A stretch of 33,384 nt of DNA, taken from an uncultured Maribacter sp. Its GTDB lineage: Bacteria > Bacteroidota > Bacteroidia > Flavobacteriales > Flavobacteriaceae. The position numbers were made by a program, and so were the translations under genes. Under the pieces are notes generated by a model, which ran no database searches, had not been told where the DNA came from, and saw only the letters and a list, made by a program, of their open reading frames with translations. Positions 1-7,878 of the stretch are shown piece by piece (positions within the stretch are counted from its first letter, which is position 1; every line of letters begins with the position of its first letter). Location: NCBI GenBank assembly GCA_964649755.1, contig CAZYQR010000001.1:1-33384 (forward strand), read 5' to 3'.

Positions 1-12
1 GACCAATTTCAT
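1..12 (-). CDS. Possible start (MKLV...) of a divergent gene running off the left edge
   Basis: Minus strand ATG AAA TTG GTC at 12..1, in-frame stop at 27-25, and a perfect TAAATTTG promoter element at 70-63 pointing toward it. Only 4 codons are visible, so the product is unknown. Confidence 0.3.
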
Positions 13-62
13 TACATGTCTTTGCTATCTGGTTTATAGCGACATTTGCAACAAAAAGTGCG

Positions 63-70
63 CAAATTTA
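63..70 (-). promoter_or_regulatory. Bacteroidota sigma-70 -7 element for a leftward transcript
   Basis: Minus strand TAAATTTG matches the TAnnTTTG consensus, in an intergenic region. Confidence 0.55.
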
Positions 71-235
71 AGTAATAACCCCAACTACACAAAATATTGG
101 GCATCCATTTATGTGAAAAAATAATGCTTTCCTTTTCAAAGTCTTTTGCAGCAAATACCATATCCGCTATTTTTTGAATTTCATTGATTTTAAAAGCTAT
201 AAAATCAGATCTTCTATTTTACATTTAATTCTCCG

Positions 236-243
236 TATTTTTG
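236..243 (+). promoter_or_regulatory. -7 element of the rbfA promoter
   Basis: TATTTTTG matches TAnnTTTG and ends 4 nt before the rbfA ATG at 248. Confidence 0.7.
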
Positions 244-247
244 TGCC

Positions 248-640
248 ATGGAAACACAACGACAAAAAAAGATCGGAGGGGTAATTCAGAAGGATATCGT
301 TGATATATTACAACGTGCGGCCATTGGTGGTGGAATGACCGGTGTTTTGATTTCAGTATCCAAAGTAACCGTTACCACGGATCTCTCTATAGCCAAAGTA
401 TATCTTAGTATTTTCCCGAATAAGGATGCCCAAGAGTTAATGGAAGGTATAAAATCTAACCAACCCTTGATCAAGCACGAATTGTCGCAGCGTACCAAAC
501 ACCAGCTACGTAGGGTGCCTGAGCTTTTGTTCTTTTTAGACGATTCTTTGGATTATATAGAGAATATTGAAAAATCCTTGAAGCGCGAAGAAAACCCTAT
601 AGAGAATCGGGATCTGCTTGAAAAAAGAAAAAAGTCCTAG
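248..640 (+). CDS. rbfA: 30S ribosome-binding factor A
   Basis: 130 aa with RbfA motifs VSKVTVTTDLSIAKVYLS and LRRVPELLFFLDDS. Confidence 0.97.
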   Translation: METQRQKKIGGVIQKDIVDILQRAAIGGGMTGVLISVSKVTVTTDLSIAKVYLSIFPNKDAQELMEGIKSNQPLIKHELSQRTKHQLRRVPELLFFLDDSLDYIENIEKSLKREENPIENRDLLEKRKKS

Positions 641-645
641 GGAGG

Positions 646-1842
646 GTGAATTTTCCGCTTTACATAGCACAGCGATACCTTCGCTCCAAAAGCAGCCAAA
701 ACGCTGTGAACATCATTAATTTTATCACTTTTCTAGTGATTGTCATTGGTTCAGCTTCTTTGTTTATTGTATTATCTGGATTTGCGGGCCTAAAAACCTT
801 TAGCCTCTCGTACACCAACATCTTTGACCCTGATTTGAAGGCATCGCCCATCACCGGCAAAGTGTTTAATATGACTCCTGAACAGGAAACTAAATTATCG
901 GCTATTGATGGCCTTGTGGCTTTCTCCAAAGAATTGGAAGAGCAGGTTTCTTTTACACATAAAGGGAAAAACCACTTTGCCTATATCAAAGGGGTTGATG
1001 ATTCTTATAACGAAACCACGGTAATTGATAGTGCCCTCATTTTTGGAAGTTGGTATTATTCACTGCAACAGGGGGTTGCAGGGATAGGGCTTACCAATAA
1101 ACTAGGGTTGACCATAAACCAACACAGGAATCCTTTGGTGGTCATTGCGCCAAAACCAGGAAAGGGATCCATCTCACAATCAAAACCGTACAATGAGTTG
1201 CCATTGGTAATAACCGGCGTATATGCTGTTGAGGAAGGCTTGGACCATAAATATGTGTTTACCGATTTAAACTTGGTACAGGCGCTGCTGGAGAAAGACA
1301 GCACGCAAGTTTCTGGAATCAACTTTAAATTGTATCCTGATGCCGATACTCCAGAGCTACGAAATGAAATTGCTGCGGTTTTTAATAATACGATAATCCT
1401 CAAAAACAGGGAGGAACAGAACAGTACCCTTTATCGTATGCTTAATACCGAGAATTTAGCAACCTATCTTATTTTTACCTTGGTCCTGATCATTGCGCTT
1501 TTTAATGTTGTTGGCGCCATCATTATGATGATTTTGGACAAGCAACAAAACTCCAAAACACTCTACAGTTTAGGTTCCACTATTAAAGAATTACGTAGAA
1601 TATATTTTGTCCAGGGCGTAATAGTCACATCCTTTGGCGGACTCATAGGTGTTCTTTTTGCTTCGCTATTAATATGGTCACAATTGGCATTCGGGTGGCT
1701 TAAAATTACACCTAGCCTGGCATACCCCGTTGAATATCAATGGATCAATATTGTAATTGTCCTGGTCACCATCGTGGTATTGGGTATTATAGCATCAAAG
1801 ATTGCGAGTAGTAGAATTACGAAGAAGTTGATTGCGTCCTAA
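646..1842 (+). CDS. LolC/LolE (MacB/FtsX-family) ABC transporter permease
   Basis: 398 aa, GTG start. N-terminal YIAQRYL plus one TM helix, a large periplasmic domain, then a three-TM FtsX-like C-terminus (LVLIIALFNVVGAIIMMILDK). Lies 5 bp after rbfA. Confidence 0.88.
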   Translation: MNFPLYIAQRYLRSKSSQNAVNIINFITFLVIVIGSASLFIVLSGFAGLKTFSLSYTNIFDPDLKASPITGKVFNMTPEQETKLSAIDGLVAFSKELEEQVSFTHKGKNHFAYIKGVDDSYNETTVIDSALIFGSWYYSLQQGVAGIGLTNKLGLTINQHRNPLVVIAPKPGKGSISQSKPYNELPLVITGVYAVEEGLDHKYVFTDLNLVQALLEKDSTQVSGINFKLYPDADTPELRNEIAAVFNNTIILKNREEQNSTLYRMLNTENLATYLIFTLVLIIALFNVVGAIIMMILDKQQNSKTLYSLGSTIKELRRIYFVQGVIVTSFGGLIGVLFASLLIWSQLAFGWLKITPSLAYPVEYQWINIVIVLVTIVVLGIIASKIASSRITKKLIAS

Positions 1843-2837
1843 ACGCCATCAAAAACATGATCACCAAACTTTTCCAAGACTTCATCAAAGGCCGCAAAGA
1901 CATCTGCCGATGCATCGCTAGTGACCATTTTCATGCGGTATTCCTTAAAATTGGGGATGCCCTTAAAATAATTGGTATAATGGCGCCGGGTTTCAAAAAT
2001 ACCCAATATCTCACCTTTCCAATCAATGGCCATTTGTAAATGTCTGCGAGCGGCTTCTACCCGCGCTTGCATGGTTGGCGGAGCTAAATGCTCGCCTGTT
2101 TTAAAGTAGTGTTTAACTTCATTAAAGAACCATGGGTAGCCAATACTGGCGCGCCCTATCATAGCGCCATCCAAACCATATTCATCCCGCATTCTCATGG
2201 CAGCCTCCGGGGAATCAATATCGCCATTTCCAAAAACCGGTATATGCATGCGTTGGTTGTTCTTTACTTCAGAAATTGGCGCCCAATCTGCATTCCCTTT
2301 ATACATTTGTGCCCTTGTTCTACCATGGATAGCAATGGCCTTGCACCCTACATCCTGTAAACGCTCGGCAACCTCAACGATTTTTATTGAATCTTGATCC
2401 CAACCCAATCGGGTTTTCACCGTAATGGGCAAATGGGTACGTTCAACCATAGCCTTGGTCAGGGAAACCATGAGGTCAATATCCTTTAAAATTCCTGCGC
2501 CCGCACCCTTACTTACCACTTTTTTGACTGGGCAGCCAAAGTTAATATCAATGATATCGGGTTTGGATTTTTCAACAATCTCCACAGATTGCAACATGGA
2601 ATCCAGATTGGCACCAAAGATTTGAATGCCAACAGGGCGTTCTTTTTCGTAGATATCAAGTTTCATAACACTTTTTGCAGCATCACGGATCAAGCCTTCG
2701 GAAGAAATGAATTCGGTATACACCACATCGGCACCTTGCTCCTTGCATAACGCCCGAAAAGGAGGGTCGCTCACATCCTCCATAGGAGCTAGTAGTAATG
2801 GAAATTCTGGCAATTGTATGTCACCAATTTTTGGCAT
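1839..2837 (-). CDS. dusB: tRNA-dihydrouridine synthase B
   Basis: Dus motifs LAPMEDVSD, DINFGCP (catalytic Cys), TVKTRLGW, AIHGRT, GNGDI, MIGR. Confidence 0.95.
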   Translation of the reverse strand: MPKIGDIQLPEFPLLLAPMEDVSDPPFRALCKEQGADVVYTEFISSEGLIRDAAKSVMKLDIYEKERPVGIQIFGANLDSMLQSVEIVEKSKPDIIDINFGCPVKKVVSKGAGAGILKDIDLMVSLTKAMVERTHLPITVKTRLGWDQDSIKIVEVAERLQDVGCKAIAIHGRTRAQMYKGNADWAPISEVKNNQRMHIPVFGNGDIDSPEAAMRMRDEYGLDGAMIGRASIGYPWFFNEVKHYFKTGEHLAPPTMQARVEAARRHLQMAIDWKGEILGIFETRRHYTNYFKGIPNFKEYRMKMVTSDASADVFAAFDEVLEKFGDHVFDGV

Positions 2838-2860
2838 CTTCTATTTTATAAAATGTGGCG

Positions 2861-2868
2861 CAAAAATA
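2861..2868 (-). promoter_or_regulatory. -7 element of the dusB promoter
   Basis: Minus strand TATTTTTG in the 38-bp gap upstream of dusB. Confidence 0.65.
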
Positions 2869-2875
2869 ATAAAAT

Positions 2876-4102
2876 TTAAAAAGTAATCTTTGCCTCTATC
2901 TTTTCGCCTTTCCTATCAACAATTACTTTGGTGGAATTGCCTTCCTCAAAGGTTGACAAAGCACGCATATAACTCATCATATCAACAACAGTACTATCGC
3001 CCAATTGAATGACGATATCCCCTTTTAACAAGCCCGCTTTTTGGGCCGGTTTATCTTCACTGACCCCATCAATTCGCATGCCCTTACCATCAAAAAGGTA
3101 ATCGGGTATAACACCTAATGCCACTTTAAAACGAGGTACTTCCTCGCTTTCATTCTTTGTCTTTTTAAAGATTAATTTAGGATCGTCATCAAGCTCTGAA
3201 ATCACTGATGTGATGTAGCCCACAATCATTTGCATGCCTTCATAGTTCAACTTGTTGGCATCATCAGTGGGTTTATGGTAATCTTCATGCTGCCCTGTGA
3301 AAAAGTGCAGTACTGGAAGGTCTTGGAGGTAAAAAGAAGTATGATCCGATGGGCCTACCCCAGACTCCTTAAGCACCAATTTAAACCCTGGATTTGAAGC
3401 ATTCAATACTTGGCTCCAGATGGGTGCGGTACCCGTGCCACTGACAGATAAGGTCTTGTCTTCCCTTAACCTTCCCACCATATCCATATTGATCATATAA
3501 TTAACTTGAGCAAGATCAACAGTTGGATTTTTGGCGAAGTAATTACTCCCCAACAATCCTATTTCCTCTCCAGAAAAAGCCATAAATAAATAGTTGTTGT
3601 TTTTATCTTGAGCGTTAGAAAGACTATCAACTAATTGAAGCATTACCGCAACACCGCTGGCATTGTCATCTGCCCCATTATGTATGGCAACGCCTTCACG
3701 ATATAACGAACCTTCACCACCCATTCCCAAATGGTCATAATGGGCACCAATAATGATGGTGTTTTCGGCTTTATTATCCAAATAACCTATAACGTTGGTT
3801 CCGGTAATTGAACTATCACTGCTAACATATTTAACCTCTTGATGCGGGTCTTTTTTAGGTTTAAATGAAAATGTTTGATAATATGATAAAGAATCCCCAG
3901 CAGGATTTAAGTGCAGATCTTTCATTCTTTGCATAATATATTGCGCTGCCTTAAGCTCATACGCAGTGCCCGTTTCACGACCCCTAAGACTATCACTTGC
4001 TAGAAAATAAACATCATCTTGAAGACTAACAGTTAGTACTTTTTCTTTTTTACAGGATACGATCAACAACAAAATCAGTGGTATTATTATCTTTTTTATC
4101 AT
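2876..4102 (-). CDS. M28-family zinc aminopeptidase lipoprotein with C-terminal PDZ domain
   Basis: Lipobox LIVSC; M28 motifs GAHYDH, GADDNASG, SGEE, NMDMVG, DYH; PDZ tail LGVIPD...PAQKAGLLKGDIVI. Confidence 0.92.
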   Translation of the reverse strand: MIKKIIIPLILLLIVSCKKEKVLTVSLQDDVYFLASDSLRGRETGTAYELKAAQYIMQRMKDLHLNPAGDSLSYYQTFSFKPKKDPHQEVKYVSSDSSITGTNVIGYLDNKAENTIIIGAHYDHLGMGGEGSLYREGVAIHNGADDNASGVAVMLQLVDSLSNAQDKNNNYLFMAFSGEEIGLLGSNYFAKNPTVDLAQVNYMINMDMVGRLREDKTLSVSGTGTAPIWSQVLNASNPGFKLVLKESGVGPSDHTSFYLQDLPVLHFFTGQHEDYHKPTDDANKLNYEGMQMIVGYITSVISELDDDPKLIFKKTKNESEEVPRFKVALGVIPDYLFDGKGMRIDGVSEDKPAQKAGLLKGDIVIQLGDSTVVDMMSYMRALSTFEEGNSTKVIVDRKGEKIEAKITF

Positions 4103-4121
4103 TTTTGCATGTAGTTTTATC

Positions 4122-4129
4122 CAAAATTA
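4122..4129 (-). promoter_or_regulatory. -7 element for the M28 peptidase gene
   Basis: Minus strand TAATTTTG matches TAnnTTTG, 19 nt before the ATG at 4102. Confidence 0.6.
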
Positions 4130-4137
4130 AACATCCT

Positions 4138-5244
4138 ATGAGAACTATTCTATGTTTTGCCCTTGTAATCTTATGCTGCAATTGCAAAACCGAACCCAAT
4201 AAAGAAACTGTTACCAAAGAAAAACCCTCGACCCTAATGGCAGGTTCGGATACTTTGATCTACAATGGTGAAAAACATTTTAAATCTATTCGGCAAATAA
4301 CTTTTGGCGGAGACAATGCCGAGGCCTATTGGAGTTTTGATGACAAACAAATGATATTCCAGTCAAATAATAAGCAATGGGGGTTAGAATGCGACCAGAT
4401 GTTCTTAATGGATATAAAGGATGATTTCAAAGACAAGAAACCACCCATGGTAAGCACCGGAATGGGCCGTACCACCTGTGCCTATTTTTTGCCTGACAAT
4501 ACCCACTTTGTATATGGTTCTACCCATCTAGTTGACCCAGCTTGTCCTGAAGTACCTTTGCGAAAGAATGGCAAATACGTTTGGCCCGTTTACGATTCCT
4601 TCGATATTTTCGTGGCTGATCTAGAGGGAAATATTACCGCTCAATTGACCAATGAACCTGGATATGACGCTGAAGCAACGGTTTCGCCCAAAGGGGATAA
4701 AATTGTTTTCACTTCGACCCGAAGCGGTGATCTTGAATTGTATACCATGAACTTGGACGGAAGCGATGTAAAACAGATTACCAACGACCTGGGTTATGAC
4801 GGAGGCGCCTTCTTTTCACCAGATGGCACCAAACTTATTTTCAGGGCCTCAAGGCCAAAAACCGAAGAGGCGATCAAAGAATACAAGGATTTGCTTGCCC
4901 AAGGTTTGGTTGAACCAACAGATATGGAGCTCTTTATTTGTAATGCCGATGGAAGTGATCTAAAACAACTCACTTTCTTGGGTAACGCCAATTGGAGTCC
5001 GTTTTTTCATCCTTCAGGAGAAAAAATACTCTTTTCAAGCAATTATGAAGCGGAGAAAGGTTTTCCTTTTAATTTATACTTGATAGGTCTTGACGGCAAA
5101 AATCTGGAACGTGTAACGCACGGGCAGACGTTTGATGCTTTTCCGGTATTCTCTAATGATGGTAAATATTTGGCGTTTTCAAGTAACCGTAACAACGGAG
5201 GGGGCAGGGACACTAATTTGTTCATCGCCGAGTGGCAGGATTGA
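4138..5244 (+). CDS. TolB-like PD40 beta-propeller lipoprotein
   Basis: Start moved to ATG 4138 (MRTILCFALVILCCNC, Cys-ending signal peptide) to avoid overlap with M28. Repeated PD40 blades: AYWSFDDK, ATVSPKGDKIVFTS, AFFSPDGTKLIF, PFFHPSGEKILFSS, PVFSNDGKYLAFSS. Confidence 0.85.
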   Translation: MRTILCFALVILCCNCKTEPNKETVTKEKPSTLMAGSDTLIYNGEKHFKSIRQITFGGDNAEAYWSFDDKQMIFQSNNKQWGLECDQMFLMDIKDDFKDKKPPMVSTGMGRTTCAYFLPDNTHFVYGSTHLVDPACPEVPLRKNGKYVWPVYDSFDIFVADLEGNITAQLTNEPGYDAEATVSPKGDKIVFTSTRSGDLELYTMNLDGSDVKQITNDLGYDGGAFFSPDGTKLIFRASRPKTEEAIKEYKDLLAQGLVEPTDMELFICNADGSDLKQLTFLGNANWSPFFHPSGEKILFSSNYEAEKGFPFNLYLIGLDGKNLERVTHGQTFDAFPVFSNDGKYLAFSSNRNNGGGRDTNLFIAEWQD

Positions 5245-5248
5245 TCAA

Positions 5249-7657
5249 TTAAATCCTATTGCGCTCTTCTACTTTTTTAGACTTTTTATTGGTTCTAATT
5301 CTAGTGTTTCCGAACTTATATCTAAATCCTAAAACAACCAATCTGCTTTCTGGCCTGTAATAGGAGGTATTATTCTGGTTAAGGAATTTTCTGGTGTTAA
5401 ATAGATTTGACTCATTAAGAATGTCATCTACCCCTAATGATATGCTTCCTTTTTTATCCCAAAGTGTCTTTTGTATAGTAATGCCCAATTTTGAGTAATC
5501 TTCCTGTCTTGAATTTCCCCGGATAACGGGGGAGGAATAAAGCAAACTCACATCTGCCTTTAAACTTTTGTCATTTAAAAAAGAAAAACCGCTATTGGAA
5601 CGTATATAAGAGTTCCATAATCCATTTTCAACCAATTGACCAGAATCCAAATCGGTGAAAATACTTTCTATATATGCGGTAGAGGCCAGAAAATAGAAAT
5701 GCCAATTATTGGTGAAGTTCTTGCTTATGCTGAAATTAAAGCCATAGGCATAATCCTTATCTACATTTGAACTGATAAATCGTAATATTTGATTTTCATT
5801 GTCTTGAAATACCAATCTCTGGTGAAAATTTGTACGATTCTTGTAAAATAGCTCGAAGGTATAACCTCGGTTAAAGGTATAACCCCCAGCCATGTAATGC
5901 CGTGACGATGGCAATAGATCCGGATTGCCCTCTACTATTGAATTATTACTTTGAAAAACCTGAAACGGGTTTAGATTATTATATCGCGGTCTGGTAATTC
6001 TACGGTAATAATACAAATGAAAATCATGTTTAGCACTATGGGTGTATTGTAGCGAAAATGAAGGGAAAAGCTTAAAATAGTCATTCTTTTTGGCCGCCTC
6101 ATCGGTATTAAGCTTTCCCTCGGTTTTAGTATGCTCGGCCCTAAGACCCACTTTGAGGTTCCATTTGTCCCATTTGTTATCAAAACTGGTATAGCCTGCG
6201 ATAATACCTTCATCATATTCAAATACACCGGATTCCGTAGGATCGATTCCAGGTTGGTTTCTATCAAAGCCTTCCTGGTCAATACGACCCTCAGAATTGA
6301 TCTGGGCATACCTAAGTCCTGTTTCAAATTTAGAGGAGGTGCCCACGGGAGTTATAAAATCAGCTTGTATGCTGAAAAGATCAATGCGTTGCATAGAATT
6401 TGTAAAAAAGTCATTCTCATCAGTAAGATTTTCATTGACATCAAAAAAATCAGTTTTCAAATCCTGGTCACGTTCATAATCATAATACGTATAGTGCAAA
6501 TTCATTGATAATTCAGCTCCCTTCTTTTTTAGCTTATGTACAAAATCCAAATAAAAAGAAGTGTTTAGCTGTTGCTCTTCAGAATCGTTCAGCGTTTTAA
6601 AACTTGATACAGCTGCCCCATTAGGATCTGTTATTTGAGTTTCCGTATCGTACATTCTATCCACACTGGGATTCCATTGGTTCAAGGTAGAAATCGACAA
6701 AGAATTACGGTCATCAAAGAAATAGTCGAAAAAGGCATTGAAATTATGCCGTTTACGCCTTCGAATGTAATCTTCCTCAGCCGTCCATGTAGATGAAATT
6801 GAGCCATCATCAATAAAATTAGTCACATCGGTATATTGCGTAAACCACTTTTCTTTACTAAAACTGTAATTAGCCGAAAAACTTGTCTTACTCCCTTTAA
6901 AAAAATGATCGGTTCCTAAGGTGTGTTTTGGGAAAACCCCTTGGGTATACCGATTAAAAACAGCGCCATTATACCCAGAAATCAAATTTTTCTTCATTAT
7001 AATATTAATCAACATTCCATCCTCCGCACTATACTTGGCAGGAGGATTGGTAATAACCTCTATTGATTCAACATTACTTGCTGTGGTACCAGATAGCAGA
7101 TTGATTACATCGGCCCTAGGAAGATTTAATTTTCTCCCATTGATCATTATTCCAATATCCTTGCTTCCTTTTACCGAAAGCTCATTATTAATGACCACAA
7201 CCCCTGGGGCTCTTTTCAGTGCTTCCCAAATATCACCATCTGAAAATGCCGTATTCTCAATATTGAAAACAAGACGGTCTACTTTACGCTCAACCCTTGG
7301 CTTTTGGGTAGATACAATAACTTCATCTAGAACTTGGGCGTAGTTGGCAATAGTAATCGTGCCAACATCTGCATCAGCTATAATTGATAGGTTTAAAAAA
7401 TCAGATTCATTTTCCAGGTAACTGGCCTTTAGTAAATAATCGCCTGGAGGTATGTTGGTGATTTTAAAAATACCATTATCGTCTGTAGAGGAACCATTAA
7501 TCAAAATACTATCCAATACGCTCAACAACAACACATTGGCTAACCATATTGGTTCACGATCAGTGCTTATGATTTTTCCTTGAATCTTATATTCCTGCGA
7601 AAATGATGAAGAGGTCAAAAAGGAAAGAACTAGTAAAAAAATTATCTGTTTATTCAC
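5249..7657 (-). CDS. Outer-membrane beta-barrel protein, TonB-dependent-receptor-like (CarboxypepD_reg-like N-domain, plug, OMP_b-brl_3-type barrel)
   Basis: 802 aa, GTG start, signal peptide; TDDNGIFKI...GDYLL N-domain; LDEVIV; plug motifs LKRAPGV and VESIEVITNPPAKYSAE; barrel motifs GLRAE, FPS, GNPDLLP, GFRYKF. Confidence 0.85.
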   Translation of the reverse strand: MNKQIIFLLVLSFLTSSSFSQEYKIQGKIISTDREPIWLANVLLLSVLDSILINGSSTDDNGIFKITNIPPGDYLLKASYLENESDFLNLSIIADADVGTITIANYAQVLDEVIVSTQKPRVERKVDRLVFNIENTAFSDGDIWEALKRAPGVVVINNELSVKGSKDIGIMINGRKLNLPRADVINLLSGTTASNVESIEVITNPPAKYSAEDGMLINIIMKKNLISGYNGAVFNRYTQGVFPKHTLGTDHFFKGSKTSFSANYSFSKEKWFTQYTDVTNFIDDGSISSTWTAEEDYIRRRKRHNFNAFFDYFFDDRNSLSISTLNQWNPSVDRMYDTETQITDPNGAAVSSFKTLNDSEEQQLNTSFYLDFVHKLKKKGAELSMNLHYTYYDYERDQDLKTDFFDVNENLTDENDFFTNSMQRIDLFSIQADFITPVGTSSKFETGLRYAQINSEGRIDQEGFDRNQPGIDPTESGVFEYDEGIIAGYTSFDNKWDKWNLKVGLRAEHTKTEGKLNTDEAAKKNDYFKLFPSFSLQYTHSAKHDFHLYYYRRITRPRYNNLNPFQVFQSNNSIVEGNPDLLPSSRHYMAGGYTFNRGYTFELFYKNRTNFHQRLVFQDNENQILRFISSNVDKDYAYGFNFSISKNFTNNWHFYFLASTAYIESIFTDLDSGQLVENGLWNSYIRSNSGFSFLNDKSLKADVSLLYSSPVIRGNSRQEDYSKLGITIQKTLWDKKGSISLGVDDILNESNLFNTRKFLNQNNTSYYRPESRLVVLGFRYKFGNTRIRTNKKSKKVEERNRI

Positions 7658-7686
7658 AAAAACTTTCGATTGGGGTGTGAGCTTAA

Positions 7687-7694
7687 CAAAAATA
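7687..7694 (-). promoter_or_regulatory. -7 element for the beta-barrel gene
   Basis: Minus strand TATTTTTG, 29 nt upstream of the GTG start. Confidence 0.6.
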
Positions 7695-7797
7695 CCCGAA
7701 TTATCTTACAAAAAGCGTACGTTTCATCGATTATATTACAGAAGGCATCCTTAGTTATATAATCCAAATCACAAAACAACCACGGTTTATTTTGCAC

Positions 7798-7805
7798 TAT
7801 ATTTG
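7798..7805 (+). promoter_or_regulatory. -7 element of the lepA promoter
   Basis: TATATTTG matches TAnnTTTG, about 73 nt upstream of the lepA start. Confidence 0.65.
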
Positions 7806-7878
7806 CACTTCTGAAAGAAAATGGCCTATTTCAACTGAATTAAGGCCCGGGATAATTTGAATTTAATTTAAATAGTAG

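Noticed and set aside
10-17. Minus-strand ATG-TAA-TG start-stop mini-ORF overlapping the putative leftward start
   Set aside because: The downstream gene is almost wholly outside the window, and an 8-nt AT-rich pattern arises easily by chance.
641-645. GGAGG Shine-Dalgarno-like sequence before the permease GTG
   Set aside because: Zero spacing to the start codon, and Bacteroidota generally do not use SD pairing.
2843-2854. Palindrome ATTTTATAAAAT in the dusB leader
   Set aside because: Entirely A/T; expected by chance at this base composition.
4078-4137. ORF-track upstream starts (4078; likewise 13879, 21566, 24533)
   Set aside because: They overlap opposite genes or promoter elements; the downstream ATGs give proper signal peptides or family-typical N-termini.
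4138-5244. Calling this gene tolB
   Set aside because: No TolB N-terminal domain or tol-pal neighbours; it is a lipoprotein propeller only.
4103-5248. Idea that the TolB-like gene is an invertible (phase-variable) segment
   Set aside because: No flanking inverted repeats or recombinase are visible, and the -7 elements on both strands explain a native divergent layout.
7788-7808. Near-tandem repeat tattttgcac / tatatttgcac
   Set aside because: Only two short copies; the second is the lepA -7 element, and there is no array structure.
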